DNA of 64,000 nucleotides from Candidatus Moraniibacteriota bacterium. Lineage in GTDB: Bacteria; Patescibacteriota; Minisyncoccia; Moranbacterales; GCA-2747515. This document shows, in pieces, positions 1-9,840 of this stretch (within the stretch, counting starts at the first letter, position 1; every line of letters starts with the position of its first letter). The stretch is from positions 16,952 through 80,951 of the forward strand of contig JALVQA010000006.1 in the NCBI GenBank assembly GCA_027031495.1. The letters are read 5' to 3'. A program made the translations under genes and the position numbers. The notes beneath the pieces were generated by a model. It saw nothing but the letters and a program-made list of their open reading frames with translations. It did not search any database and was not told the origin of the DNA.

Positions 1-1
1 T

Positions 2-451
2 TTGATAAGTGTGTCTGGTCAAACGCGAGAGTTTGTAGAACCGCCACTGGACTACCGCGCGCTTGACTTTCAGAGCGACCCTCGTGTTGTTGAGGAAGAG
101 CAGGGCATGATCGTAGACGATAAAACGGGCACGCGTATTTATGAGCAAAACAACAAGACAGTCTTTGCAAACTGGGTGTACGTGTCACCGCAGGAGACGG
201 TAACGATTGAATATACGTACGAACTACCATTTCGCATACGCCTAGCACAAAAAGGCGGCGCCGATACATATAGTATTCTTTTCCAAAAACAAGCGGGATC
301 ACGCGGAAGTCGTCTCATCTCGAAAATCAATCTTCCTGAAAACATGCGCTATGTGTGGAGCTATCCTCAGAACACTGGTGATACACAGTGGAAAACAACA
401 CTAAAGACGGACCAATTGCGTGGTGTTGTCCTTGTGCCATCTGGTCAATAA
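2..451 (+). CDS. Hypothetical protein, C-terminal fragment (5' end lies outside the window)
   Basis: Open frame runs from the window edge to a stop at 451. It is co-directional with and 60 nt upstream of murJ. I recognise no motif. Confidence 0.45.
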   Translation: MISVSGQTREFVEPPLDYRALDFQSDPRVVEEEQGMIVDDKTGTRIYEQNNKTVFANWVYVSPQETVTIEYTYELPFRIRLAQKGGADTYSILFQKQAGSRGSRLISKINLPENMRYVWSYPQNTGDTQWKTTLKTDQLRGVVLVPSGQ

Positions 452-511
452 GGATGGTTGGTGGTATACTTGAGCGTTATTTGTAGTAAAATCTTGTTTA
501 AATAGTTATCC

Positions 512-2299
512 ATGGGCACTTTGCTGATAAAATTTTTTCGATATCCGCCAATTAACTCCATTACTTTCGCCGCCTTTATTATGGCGATTGCCGGTATCAT
601 GAGCAGGATACTTGGCTTTGTGCGTGATCGTCTTCTTGCGTCAGCATTTGGCGCTGGCGATGTTCTTGATGTTTATTATGCGGCATTTCGTATTCCTGAT
701 TTTATTTTTGATTTACTTATAGTGGGCGCGCTAAGCTCTGCATTTGTTCCTGTTTTTACAAGTCTCATCACGCGAAAAAAAATAAAAGATGCATGGCGAC
801 TTGCCAGCGGTGTATTTATGATGCTTGCGGGTGCGCTCATCGTTATTGTTCTTGTGCTTTATGTGTTGGCGCCGCATATCATCACTCTTCTTGTACCAGG
901 ATTTGATTCCGAAAAAATCAACATGACGATAACGTTTACGCGCATAATGCTTCTGTCACCGCTTTTTCTTGGTATGAGCGCGCTTTTTGGTGGTATTCTC
1001 ATGTCATTGAAGCGTTTTGTCATTTATTCGCTTGCGCCAATCTTTTATAATATTGGCATTATTTGCGGTATCATCTTTTTTGTGCCACATTTTGGACCGG
1101 TTGGTCTTGCATGGGGTGTTGTTTTTGGTGCATTTCTCCATTTCGTTTCTACGATGCCAGCTGCCATTTTATGTGGTCTCGGTCACTATTTTATCGGCGT
1201 ACGTCGCGCGTGGCGCAATATACACGTACGCCGTGTATTGAAGCTTATGGTGCCACGTGTGTTTGGCGCTGCGTCTGTTCAGATTAGCATGATTGCTGTT
1301 ACATTTTTTGCATCGCTAACAGCAGCTGGCACACTTGCAGCATTTACGTTTGCAAACAATATTAGCTCTATTCCCATAGGGGTTATCGGTGTGCCGTTTG
1401 CTGTTGCTGCTTTTCCAACGTTGAGTGCGTACTTTGCGCAAAAGGACTATGATAAGTTTACGGCGCTTATCATTAAATATATCCGTCGCACAATATTTTT
1501 AATTGTGCCCTTTGTTGTTGTGCTTATCACGTTACGTGCACAGATTGTGCGTGTCGTATTTGGCACCGGAGCCTTTGACTGGCATGATACGATTATGACA
1601 TTCCAGATTCTCGGTATCCTTTCGTGCGCTATTTTTTCACTTTCGCTTATTCCGCTGTTGGCGCGTGCCTTCTATGCCATGCATAATACAGTAGTGCCGG
1701 TCGTTGTCGGCTTTATTAGTGTTGCTGTAACAATTGTCACGATTGTATTCCTCCTGCCACGATGTGACGTCTATGCAATCCCAATCGGTTTTGTTATCGG
1801 CTCATTAACAAACTTCGTTCTACTGTTTATTCTCCTCGAAAAGGCGCTTGCACATAAGACGTTAACGAAGGTGCATAATGCTGTTCTTGGCGCTCTTGGC
1901 GCAATGGCGTGCGCAACTGCTGCAACGTATGTACTGGCGCATTTTGAATCCATAGCGCTTGATAATATGACTGCACTCGTTTTTATTGGTCTTGTTGCAA
2001 CGTGGCTCAGCGTCTTTCTCTTTTGCACAACACTTTTGCGTGTTGATGTTTTTTATGTGCGCATTATTGCCATGGCAATGCTTTCGGCAACAGCGGCGCA
2101 GGTAATTAAATATATTATTGGTACGGTAACGGACTTGAGTACTTTTGGCGAGGTTTTTGTGCAACTCGTTTTTGCTGGTGGTGTAAGCATTGGCGTCTAT
2201 CTTTTCTTGGGTTATGTGCTGCATATTGATGAATTTTTTGTTTTACGTGCGCGTGTAATTAAGTTTATTTTGCGCAGAAATCTCCAAGAAGAAAAGTAG
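512..2299 (+). CDS. murJ: Lipid II flippase MurJ (MviN), MOP superfamily, with a C-terminal extension
   Basis: N-terminal MurJ signature FRIPDFIFDLLIVGALSSAFVPVF and a GFVRDRLLASAFGAGD-type motif. The protein is polytopic, 595 aa. Confidence 0.85.
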   Translation: MGTLLIKFFRYPPINSITFAAFIMAIAGIMSRILGFVRDRLLASAFGAGDVLDVYYAAFRIPDFIFDLLIVGALSSAFVPVFTSLITRKKIKDAWRLASGVFMMLAGALIVIVLVLYVLAPHIITLLVPGFDSEKINMTITFTRIMLLSPLFLGMSALFGGILMSLKRFVIYSLAPIFYNIGIICGIIFFVPHFGPVGLAWGVVFGAFLHFVSTMPAAILCGLGHYFIGVRRAWRNIHVRRVLKLMVPRVFGAASVQISMIAVTFFASLTAAGTLAAFTFANNISSIPIGVIGVPFAVAAFPTLSAYFAQKDYDKFTALIIKYIRRTIFLIVPFVVVLITLRAQIVRVVFGTGAFDWHDTIMTFQILGILSCAIFSLSLIPLLARAFYAMHNTVVPVVVGFISVAVTIVTIVFLLPRCDVYAIPIGFVIGSLTNFVLLFILLEKALAHKTLTKVHNAVLGALGAMACATAATYVLAHFESIALDNMTALVFIGLVATWLSVFLFCTTLLRVDVFYVRIIAMAMLSATAAQVIKYIIGTVTDLSTFGEVFVQLVFAGGVSIGVYLFLGYVLHIDEFFVLRARVIKFILRRNLQEEK

Positions 2300-2356
2300 A
2301 CAAAATTGTATATTTATTGTATACTGCACGTACGTACATTACTAGGAGGAAAAAAG

Positions 2357-2644
2357 ATGCAAGTACAATACGTGAGTGTTAAACGCACACAACGCTCACA
2401 GCAGTACCCCTTTATTATGATCATTAGAATTAATGGTAAAGAGAAAAAGATTTATCTTTACTATTATAATGGTCGTTACTGGGCAAAATCTATGTCGCGT
2501 GGCGTCAATATGAAACCGCTTATCAAACGCGCTAATTGTGATATTGCGCGGCTGGAAAGAGAAAAGAGTGGCGAGTCGCTGCGTAAAAATAATGCTCTTA
2601 TCAGGCAGGCAGCGGCATTTGCGCGGCGTCACCCAAATGATTGA
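2357..2644 (+). CDS. Small basic hypothetical protein (95 aa)
   Basis: ATG at 2357 lies 7 nt after an AGGAGG Shine-Dalgarno (2344-2349). The longer 2306 start has no ribosome-binding site. A strong terminator follows. Confidence 0.45.
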   Translation: MQVQYVSVKRTQRSQQYPFIMIIRINGKEKKIYLYYYNGRYWAKSMSRGVNMKPLIKRANCDIARLEREKSGESLRKNNALIRQAAAFARRHPND

Positions 2645-2658
2645 TTACCATTGTCAAT

Positions 2659-2689
2659 GGCTCTACTGCGCGGTAGAGCCTCTTTTTTC
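2659..2689 (+). terminator. Rho-independent terminator
   Basis: Perfect 8-bp stem GGCTCTAC / GTAGAGCC with loop TGCGCG, followed by TCTTTTTT. Confidence 0.7.
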
Positions 2690-2717
2690 AGAGTGAAACA
2701 TATATATCTAGTTTAGT

Positions 2718-3110
2718 ATGACACGACAAAAACATGTAAAGAGACACCGCTACTCACCATATGCGACTTATGGCTACAGTGGTATTTTTGGCGGTGTAGT
2801 CCTATTTTTGTGTGCACTGTATTATGGTGTTGTGTGGTGGGTGGCGTATTTTATTGCCATTAATAGCACGGCATTTGCTCTCTTTGGTTTTGATAAAGCG
2901 ATTGCCGGTGGACGTCATATGCGTGTGCCGGAACGTGTATTTTATATCCTCGCCATTGCTGGCGCATCACCGGCACTCTTTGTAGGGCAGTTCCTCTTTC
3001 ATCACAAGACAATCAAGACGTCTTTTCGTATCGTATTTTTTCTCATTATTGCCGCGCAATGTGTTGCTGTGCTATATCTGTTTTCTCACTATGATATATT
3101 TACGTTTTGA
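2718..3110 (+). CDS. DUF1294-family small membrane protein
   Basis: FGFDKAIAGGRHMRVPERVFYILAIAGASPALFVGQFLFHHKTIKTSF matches the DUF1294 signature (FGxDK...R.PE...L...GGxxGA...F.HKT.K). Confidence 0.65.
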   Translation: MTRQKHVKRHRYSPYATYGYSGIFGGVVLFLCALYYGVVWWVAYFIAINSTAFALFGFDKAIAGGRHMRVPERVFYILAIAGASPALFVGQFLFHHKTIKTSFRIVFFLIIAAQCVAVLYLFSHYDIFTF

Positions 3111-3170
3111 TGGCAATTTTTGCTCTTAACATGGTACAATAGGGGAAGTGAGTAGTTACAGTTCTATTCT

Positions 3171-4733
3171 ATGCAAAAAAAGACTGTTATAAGAAGTGTT
3201 TTAATCATCGTTGTTGTCATTGGTGCGTTTTTACGTTTCTGGCATCTTGGCGCCGTACCTTTTCGTGCTGATGAATTTCTGGATATCAATGCGACAGTTG
3301 GCTACGTGCATACGGGCATGTGGCAAGCATGGGACCATAATATGGGTGATGTAAGTACGCGTGTTAATTCGGCGAGTGACCATCGCGCATGGCTCTATCG
3401 CTGGCAGGTTGCATTTCTCTTTAAATACTTTCCGCCGACAGAGGCGGTTGCGCGCAGCGTAAGCGCGTTGTGGGGTGTGCTGACAATCATTCTTATTTAC
3501 TTTGTAGCGGCGTCACTCACGCAACGACGAGCAATCGGTCTTATCAGTGCTGCACTGTATGCCGTAAGTGTAAGTGCAATTGAGGTTGATCGTACACTGC
3601 GCATGTATGCCATGTTTGCGCCGGTTTTTTTGGCGTTCTCATGGGCAACATTTTTGACACTTGAGCGTACACCAAAAGTTGCATTCCTGAAAAAAATATG
3701 GCGCATTTTTGGTGTGCATATTGGTTATGGTATCGTTGCGCTTGTACTCGGCATGCTTTCTTTGCATTTGCACGCCCTTACAGCAAATATTGTGTTTGTA
3801 ATTGTTGGATATATTGTGTTAATGGGGTTCGTCACATGGCGCGCCGGTGTCACATGGCGTGACAATCGTTACGTGAAACTTCTTGCTCTTGTTTTTGGTA
3901 CACTGGCAGGTCTTTTCATTATACTGCCACAGATGGTAGCATCTTTTACTGCCGGTATCGTGTTATGGGAAAATCACTGGCACTATATTGGGCATGTGCT
4001 TCGCGACTATGCTCATCCACTCATGGGTGTTGCGCTTTATATTATCGGTATATCGTTTTTGTGGTATGGGGGAACATCTGCACAAAGGCGTGGCGCGGCG
4101 TGGATTGATGCGACGACTAGCATTATTTTGTGTGCAGCCATCTTTTTGTGGCGACGCAATGTGGGACCACAGTATATCTTTTTTGTGCAGCCATTTATTA
4201 TGATGGGTGTTGCGAGTGGTATTTACTATGGCGCACGTTACCTACAAAGAAAAATGCATGATCGTCGCGCGTTTATTGTTGCACTCCTGTGTGCGGCGAT
4301 TTTTGTGCCGCATTATGGTTACTTCTTTCGCGAAAACAACACATACCATATCACGTCACATGCAGAAATGCCTAATTACCGCAAAGTTTTTACATATATT
4401 ACAAAACACGCTAAAGATGGCGATGTTTTAATTACACGGAATTTTCGTAATTACTACTGGAGTGGTGCTCACATAAAAACATTTGATTTTGGCTCCGAGC
4501 GAAGCGAAGAGGCGCTTAAAGCTGAAGGGAAGGTTGCAAAAGTTACACGCGCATATCTTGAGAGCATTGTTGAGAAATACCCACACGGATGGTTCGTTTT
4601 TTCTGAAAATGATGAAAAATTTATTACTAAAGAGGTGCGTGCGTATGCCCAAAAGCACTTTGAAAAAGTGTCACACGCAAATGTACGCGGTCCTATAACA
4701 GTATATCGGTGGGACATATCTAATCGTATGTAA
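3171..4733 (+). CDS. GT-C fold glycosyltransferase, ArnT/PMT-like (GT39/GT83 family) membrane protein
   Basis: Polytopic N-terminal half with the first-loop motif FRADEFLD (the DE motif of ArnT/PMT-type GT-C enzymes). Soluble C-terminal domain. 520 aa. Confidence 0.65.
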   Translation: MQKKTVIRSVLIIVVVIGAFLRFWHLGAVPFRADEFLDINATVGYVHTGMWQAWDHNMGDVSTRVNSASDHRAWLYRWQVAFLFKYFPPTEAVARSVSALWGVLTIILIYFVAASLTQRRAIGLISAALYAVSVSAIEVDRTLRMYAMFAPVFLAFSWATFLTLERTPKVAFLKKIWRIFGVHIGYGIVALVLGMLSLHLHALTANIVFVIVGYIVLMGFVTWRAGVTWRDNRYVKLLALVFGTLAGLFIILPQMVASFTAGIVLWENHWHYIGHVLRDYAHPLMGVALYIIGISFLWYGGTSAQRRGAAWIDATTSIILCAAIFLWRRNVGPQYIFFVQPFIMMGVASGIYYGARYLQRKMHDRRAFIVALLCAAIFVPHYGYFFRENNTYHITSHAEMPNYRKVFTYITKHAKDGDVLITRNFRNYYWSGAHIKTFDFGSERSEEALKAEGKVAKVTRAYLESIVEKYPHGWFVFSENDEKFITKEVRAYAQKHFEKVSHANVRGPITVYRWDISNRM

Positions 4734-4734
4734 T

Positions 4735-6531
4735 ATGGAATTATTTGATTTTTTGAAGCAAAAACGCATCTATATTGTTGGTTGCATAATTTTCTGTCTC
4801 GCTCTTTTTGTACGCTTTTTTCATGTGGGAGACTGGCTTCACTATGAATTGGATCAAGCGCGTGATTTTCGCATTATTCATGCCGCAATAGAATACGGTC
4901 CGGGTGATCTTCCATTGCAAGGTCCGAAGGCTGCCGGCAATGTTGTTATCCCCGATGAGAACGGTAACCTAACGGATAAGACAACACTTCGTCTCGGCCC
5001 ACTTTTCTACTATATTGAGTATGTGAGTGCACTGCTCTTTGGCGCAACGCCCCTTGGCGCGGTTATATTGATTGTTATTCTATCAACGCTCACCGTGCCA
5101 CTCTTTTACGTTTTTGCGCGACGCTTTTTTACGCAATCTATAGCACTTGGCTTGAGCGCAATTATGGCAAGTAGTCTCTTTTTTGTAACATACAGTCGCT
5201 TTGGGTGGAATCCAAATCTTATGCCGTTTTTCATGCTTCTTTTTGGCTACAGTCTTTTGCGCGTAACGGATATACATAGCACGTGGCGGGGGTGGTGGCT
5301 TGTGAGTGCGGCCTGTGCACTTGCCTTTGTGGGACATATGCATTTTCTTGCGTTTATAGCAGCGCCACTTATAGGTATTGCATATCTTTTATGGTCATGG
5401 AAACGTCTTGTCGGGCCGCATCGCATAGCGCTGCGCTTTTGGTGTATGGCGTGTGTTCTCTTTGTTTTTTTACAAGCGCCTCTCATTATCAATGACATAA
5501 AAACGCATGGTGAAAACACGAAAGCATTTATTGCCGCTCTTACACAGAAATCAAGTAAGGATACTCACACATTGCCGGAGAAGATTATACGTAACATTGG
5601 CAATCATGCAAAATACTACTGGATTATTGTTACGGGCGATCAACGTGCGGAACTGCCAACAATTAAGGGGCATGACATCAAATGCGATCAAGTATGTCGT
5701 GATGGTCTTGCACGCGGTGGTGTTGCTTTGATAATGATTATTGCCGGCATTGTTGCATGGGCATTGCTCTATCAACGTGAAACGGATACACGGAGGAGAG
5801 ATTTTTTGCGCCTTACGATTTTGTGGGCCGGTATTGTGTTTGCGCTCTATATTCCACTTGCTTACGCAATGGCACCTCGCTTCTTTCTTTTGCACGGGGT
5901 GGTAGCACTTATATTCTTCGGCTTTGTCGTTCAGTTGCGCTTTGAGAGTGCGCATCGTTATAGCCGTGCTATTGGTTATGCAATCATTATTCTTTCTGTT
6001 ATTTCCAACCTTATCTACATTGCGCAAGATTTTGCGCAGCGTGCGCGTGCTGCAACAGATGAACATCTACGCATTCAAACTGACTATATTCTCAAAGAAA
6101 AGACGCGCATGCCATTTGAGCAAATGGTGGCTATTGTTGACTATATTGCGCAACGACATAAAGAGACCGGTATGCCGGTATGGCTACACGGACAACCAGA
6201 GTTTAAGCGTGCTCTATGGGAACGTCTTGATACTGCCGGTGTGCCGCGTTTTAGTGCGCCGGTGGATTTAAAGCATGCTTTTAAGCACGGTCTTTACTTT
6301 GTCGTCATTCGTTCTCAATCGGATCATGATGCATATTTGCGCAAAGTAAAAGAAAATGCAGATATCTTACAGCGACGTACATTCGGTACATTGACGCTTT
6401 ACGAACTTGTACCACACAGTGATGTTGCTATAGCTAAGAAGCCAGAGATTTATGTCAAACAAAGAGATCCTCACTTTAGCTCCAGTGCACAGAAGCGTTA
6501 TCTCTGGCGACAAATTTTTGAGAATAAATAA
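4735..6531 (+). CDS. Second GT-C fold ArnT/PMT-like glycosyltransferase (paralogue of the upstream gene)
   Basis: Starts 2 nt after the previous stop. Same architecture: about 10 TM segments, an early LDQARDF loop and a C-terminal soluble domain. 598 aa. Confidence 0.6.
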   Translation: MELFDFLKQKRIYIVGCIIFCLALFVRFFHVGDWLHYELDQARDFRIIHAAIEYGPGDLPLQGPKAAGNVVIPDENGNLTDKTTLRLGPLFYYIEYVSALLFGATPLGAVILIVILSTLTVPLFYVFARRFFTQSIALGLSAIMASSLFFVTYSRFGWNPNLMPFFMLLFGYSLLRVTDIHSTWRGWWLVSAACALAFVGHMHFLAFIAAPLIGIAYLLWSWKRLVGPHRIALRFWCMACVLFVFLQAPLIINDIKTHGENTKAFIAALTQKSSKDTHTLPEKIIRNIGNHAKYYWIIVTGDQRAELPTIKGHDIKCDQVCRDGLARGGVALIMIIAGIVAWALLYQRETDTRRRDFLRLTILWAGIVFALYIPLAYAMAPRFFLLHGVVALIFFGFVVQLRFESAHRYSRAIGYAIIILSVISNLIYIAQDFAQRARAATDEHLRIQTDYILKEKTRMPFEQMVAIVDYIAQRHKETGMPVWLHGQPEFKRALWERLDTAGVPRFSAPVDLKHAFKHGLYFVVIRSQSDHDAYLRKVKENADILQRRTFGTLTLYELVPHSDVAIAKKPEIYVKQRDPHFSSSAQKRYLWRQIFENK

Positions 6532-6542
6532 GATTCTTAGTG

Positions 6543-7739
6543 CTATCTGTCTTCTCTTGCCACGCGCATCGTATTGAGCGCATTGAGTGCAAGCGCCGCA
6601 AGTGCCGCAAGTGCAAAAAGAATTTGCAGGTTGATTGTAAAGAAATACGTCAATATAATAACGATTATGAAAAAAATACTGCGCCCAATCTGTTCTGCAA
6701 CTTCGCGGAGGACAGAGTACTCATCAACGTAATGCCCGCTGCGTTGCGTAAAATCGTACGTTATAGCTTCAAACGGTGTGTTTACAAAAATGCGTGTGAT
6801 GCGATGGTAGAGGTCGGCGACAAATATGTGAAAAGCGGTAGTAACAAAAAGTTTTGCAATCCAGCCAAGTGCGTAGAAGACACTCCCGATATGAAGAACA
6901 TTCCTGCGCGGTAACTTATCTGTCAAGCGACCTGTAAAAAGTTGAAAGATGATGCTAAGCATGATAACGGCGGAGGAGAGAATACCGATGTCCATATATT
7001 TCCCATGCAAAAGAAGATAAACAACAATCGGCCATATAACAATTTGAATACTCGTTTCTATGCCCTCTGCAATGTATGCGCCGACAAAAGCGCGGTTTTT
7101 TCGTGCGACAAGTTCTTGCCACGTTTTATGTATGGTCCATGTAAAACATTCTTTTATGCGCGGAAGGAGAAAAATAGGGATAGCAGCGGCAACGTGGACA
7201 ATGATGCCGATGATAAAAAGTATCTCAAATGACCATGTGCTTACAATAAATGCTGCGACGAGTGGTGTAATAATATTTGCGAGACTCATGAGCGATTCGC
7301 GCAGACTCGCTTCGCGCGCACGATTATCTGCATCGGAGAGGATGGCAAAGTCCGTAAAGTACGGTACCCAATAAAAGAGGCGAAACGCAATACTTGCAAT
7401 GCATAAAATGGTGAAAAAAAGAAGAGTATTGTGTGTGTGGTCCATAAAGGCACTGATGCCATAGAAAACTGCACCAAGAAATGTGCCGAGAATAAGTGAT
7501 GTGCGCATGCCGATGCGTGTGACAATAAAGCGCATAACAAAAGGCGCAAGTACGCCATAAAGGCCGTAGCTGAAAAGGTAAAATGTTGCAAGAAGAGTGA
7601 TGTTTTCATTCAGCGCCTTATAGAGAAAGATTGGTAAAAAAATACCAAAGAGGCCGGCAGCAAACGAAAGAATCACTCTATGTATAATGAGCGCGCGCAG
7701 TGGTGTTGAAAGTTTATGATCTGTGTAACGGATGTGCAT
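6543..7739 (-). CDS. MFS-type transporter
   Basis: About 12 predicted TM helices over 398 aa with a basic loop between helices 2 and 3 (MRFIVTRIGMR). It is the last gene of the minus-strand operon GT4-rtcB-kinase-wzx-MFS. Confidence 0.6.
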   Translation of the reverse strand: MHIRYTDHKLSTPLRALIIHRVILSFAAGLFGIFLPIFLYKALNENITLLATFYLFSYGLYGVLAPFVMRFIVTRIGMRTSLILGTFLGAVFYGISAFMDHTHNTLLFFTILCIASIAFRLFYWVPYFTDFAILSDADNRAREASLRESLMSLANIITPLVAAFIVSTWSFEILFIIGIIVHVAAAIPIFLLPRIKECFTWTIHKTWQELVARKNRAFVGAYIAEGIETSIQIVIWPIVVYLLLHGKYMDIGILSSAVIMLSIIFQLFTGRLTDKLPRRNVLHIGSVFYALGWIAKLFVTTAFHIFVADLYHRITRIFVNTPFEAITYDFTQRSGHYVDEYSVLREVAEQIGRSIFFIIVIILTYFFTINLQILFALAALAALALNALNTMRVAREDR

Positions 7740-7745
7740 AGTAAT

Positions 7746-9194
7746 CTATGTACGTTGTTTAATGTATGTAATATCGTCCAGTGTAAGCTCTCTTGTGACG
7801 ATGAGGATTGCTGTGTATATGAGCAGTGCTATGAACGCGCTTATAACGAAGAATATGTGCGTATGTGTCAGTAGCCATGCGCTATAAGCGGTGATTGTGC
7901 ACGCAAAGAGAACGCGTATAATTGTTCTGAGAGGGATAGCTGCTCTGAATATTTTGTACGTAAGAAGGAGACTAGCGCTTCCCATAAGAAATGACGTGAG
8001 AGAAAAGATGAGCGCTGTCGCGGTGATGCCGTAGTGCGGCAGAAAAATCATATTTGCACTGATACTTATAACAACAGCACTTGCTGCAATGGATGCCGTG
8101 ATGTATGTGTATCCGGCGCCATTAAAGACAGCAGCGAGAATATAGAAAAATGCTCCAAAGACGGTACCGCCAATCATGAGCGGTACAAGTGCTGCACTCG
8201 AGGCAAACGCCTCACCAAAAAAAAGTGTGACAAGTGGTTGTGCAAAAAACGTTATAAGAATTGCAGATGGCATTATGAGCAGAAAAACAAAGCGTAAGAC
8301 GGCTTTAATGAGAGATGCTGCTTTTACGTTTAGTGTTTTTGTGCGCTCTGATATGGTAGGGAAGAGCATGAATGTAAGTGCAAAAAACAAATAGTAGGGT
8401 ATGAGGGAAATGGTCATTGCCGCACTGTAGATACCTGTTGCCATATCACTCTTAAGAAGTGCTTTGATAAGATAGATGTCTGTGCGTACGTAGAATTCAT
8501 AAAAGAGAGTAAAGAGCATGAAGCCACCAGCATATGAGAGGATTTTTTGTGGTGGATAAGGAAACGAAAAGAGAGAGTGTTTCTTTGTTTTTTTCTCGTG
8601 CAGTGGGTGGATGCTGTCAATAATAAGGGCAATGCCAAAAACACAGAGTGGTGCAATGATCGCGCCACTAAGTGCGCCCTTTACGCCAAAATAGAAAGCG
8701 AGACCGAGAATCCAAGCAACACGGAAGAGGCCGCGTGACATCTTAAGCGCTGCCATGGCACCAAAACGTTTGTAACCGTTGAAAATGAGAACATGAAATG
8801 ATGAAAGTGCAAAAGCGGGAATGATGAGGGCGCTCAAATGAAAAAGTGGTACAAGTGTGTAATCACCAAGCAGATGTGCGATCAGTGGTGCCGCACTGTA
8901 AAAAACGATTGTGAGAGTGGCTATGAGTACAAGTTGTATAATGGCCGCAGTTCGTATAATGGCATGTGCAGTTGTAGCGTCTTGTTTATGTTCACTGAGT
9001 CGCTTTGCCATTGCAGTTGGTATGCTGCGCCCGACAAAAATGATGACCATTGTTGTAAGCCCGATAACAATGCTGTAGCGACCATAATCAGCCGGCCCTA
9101 AAAGGCGCCCAAGGCCGGCGCTTACGATGTAGCCAGAAAGTGTAAAAATAATTTCGGCAAAAATAAGCCAAAGTGTAGATGTAAGAAGTGACAT
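7746..9194 (-). CDS. Wzx-like oligosaccharide flippase (polysaccharide biosynthesis protein, MOP/PST family)
   Basis: 482 aa with about 12-14 TM segments. The N-terminus GYIVSAGLGRLLGPADYGRYSIV is typical of the Wzx/RfbX PST family. A 6-nt gap separates it from the MFS gene. Confidence 0.7.
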   Translation of the reverse strand: MSLLTSTLWLIFAEIIFTLSGYIVSAGLGRLLGPADYGRYSIVIGLTTMVIIFVGRSIPTAMAKRLSEHKQDATTAHAIIRTAAIIQLVLIATLTIVFYSAAPLIAHLLGDYTLVPLFHLSALIIPAFALSSFHVLIFNGYKRFGAMAALKMSRGLFRVAWILGLAFYFGVKGALSGAIIAPLCVFGIALIIDSIHPLHEKKTKKHSLFSFPYPPQKILSYAGGFMLFTLFYEFYVRTDIYLIKALLKSDMATGIYSAAMTISLIPYYLFFALTFMLFPTISERTKTLNVKAASLIKAVLRFVFLLIMPSAILITFFAQPLVTLFFGEAFASSAALVPLMIGGTVFGAFFYILAAVFNGAGYTYITASIAASAVVISISANMIFLPHYGITATALIFSLTSFLMGSASLLLTYKIFRAAIPLRTIIRVLFACTITAYSAWLLTHTHIFFVISAFIALLIYTAILIVTRELTLDDITYIKQRT

Positions 9195-9198
9195 GTCT

Positions 9199-9816
9199 TT
9201 ATGTTAAGTCTCTTTGTTTTATGGTGGTAAGAATGTCATTAAAGACGGTATCCCGATCGTGTGCTGCATCAATAGTATGCATATTCCAGATATCTTTCCG
9301 ATCCCGAAAGAGTTTTGTTTTCGCTTCGAGATACGCGGCTCCCTGTTCCGGCACACGATCACGGCACATAATTTCTTGCACGGGAATCGTAAGGAGGAGA
9401 GAAATGTGTGGTTGCGGAACAATATACTCGAGAATGCTGCGCCTATATTTCCGCGAAAGGTAGCGAATATTGATTACCGTGTCAAAGAAGAAGCGATCGG
9501 AGATGAGTACATCATAACCGTTACGTTTAAGACGTGCAACGAGGTAGTGAAAGCGTATTATGTCAATGATGAGTGCAATTTTACGTAGAACGACTTTGAG
9601 CCATGATGCATGCGTTTGCGAAAGTCCTGTGTCAGCATATGTTTTTTTGTGATTTTTTTCTCTTGGTTTTTGTGGAAGAAGCTTTTGCGCAATAGAAAAC
9701 GTCACGGCATGGAGATAATAGACCTTTTTGCCGTGCGATGTGTAGTATGCGATGAGGCGTTGCACTTGCGTACTTTTGCCGCTTCCATCAACGCCGGAGA
9801 GTGTGATAATGTGCAT
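9199..9816 (-). CDS. Thymidylate-kinase-fold P-loop kinase of unknown substrate
   Basis: P-loop LSGVDGSGKSTQ (the Tmk GxDGxGKST motif), a DRF motif (Tmk DRY) and a lid-like RDRVPEQ. The Tmk REPGG substrate motif is missing, so this is unlikely to be a genuine dTMP kinase. Confidence 0.55.
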   Translation of the reverse strand: MHIITLSGVDGSGKSTQVQRLIAYYTSHGKKVYYLHAVTFSIAQKLLPQKPREKNHKKTYADTGLSQTHASWLKVVLRKIALIIDIIRFHYLVARLKRNGYDVLISDRFFFDTVINIRYLSRKYRRSILEYIVPQPHISLLLTIPVQEIMCRDRVPEQGAAYLEAKTKLFRDRKDIWNMHTIDAAHDRDTVFNDILTTIKQRDLT

Positions 9817-9840
9817 AAATCTTGTAATAACACCCTACTT

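Noticed and set aside
5551-6066. 171-aa minus-strand ORF inside the second GT-C gene, plus many similar nested or antisense ORFs (e.g. 1771-2224, 16507-17049, 20228-20719, 28343-28723, 32448-32975, 50260-50709, 58057-58762, 59680-60343)
   Set aside because: They lie entirely within well-supported genes on the opposite strand or in another frame. They are low-complexity or Cys/His/Arg-rich, typical of spurious frames. None has an RBS or a recognisable motif.
9214-9588. Plus-strand 124-aa ORF antisense to the Tmk-fold kinase gene
   Set aside because: It has no motifs. The minus-strand frame carries a clear P-loop and fits the operon spacing.
9199-9816. Calling the P-loop kinase a genuine thymidylate kinase (tmk)
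   Set aside because: It shares the P-loop and the DRY-like motif with Tmk. The dTMP-binding REPGG region is absent and a different insert replaces it. The operon context of RtcB plus glycan export does not fit nucleotide salvage.
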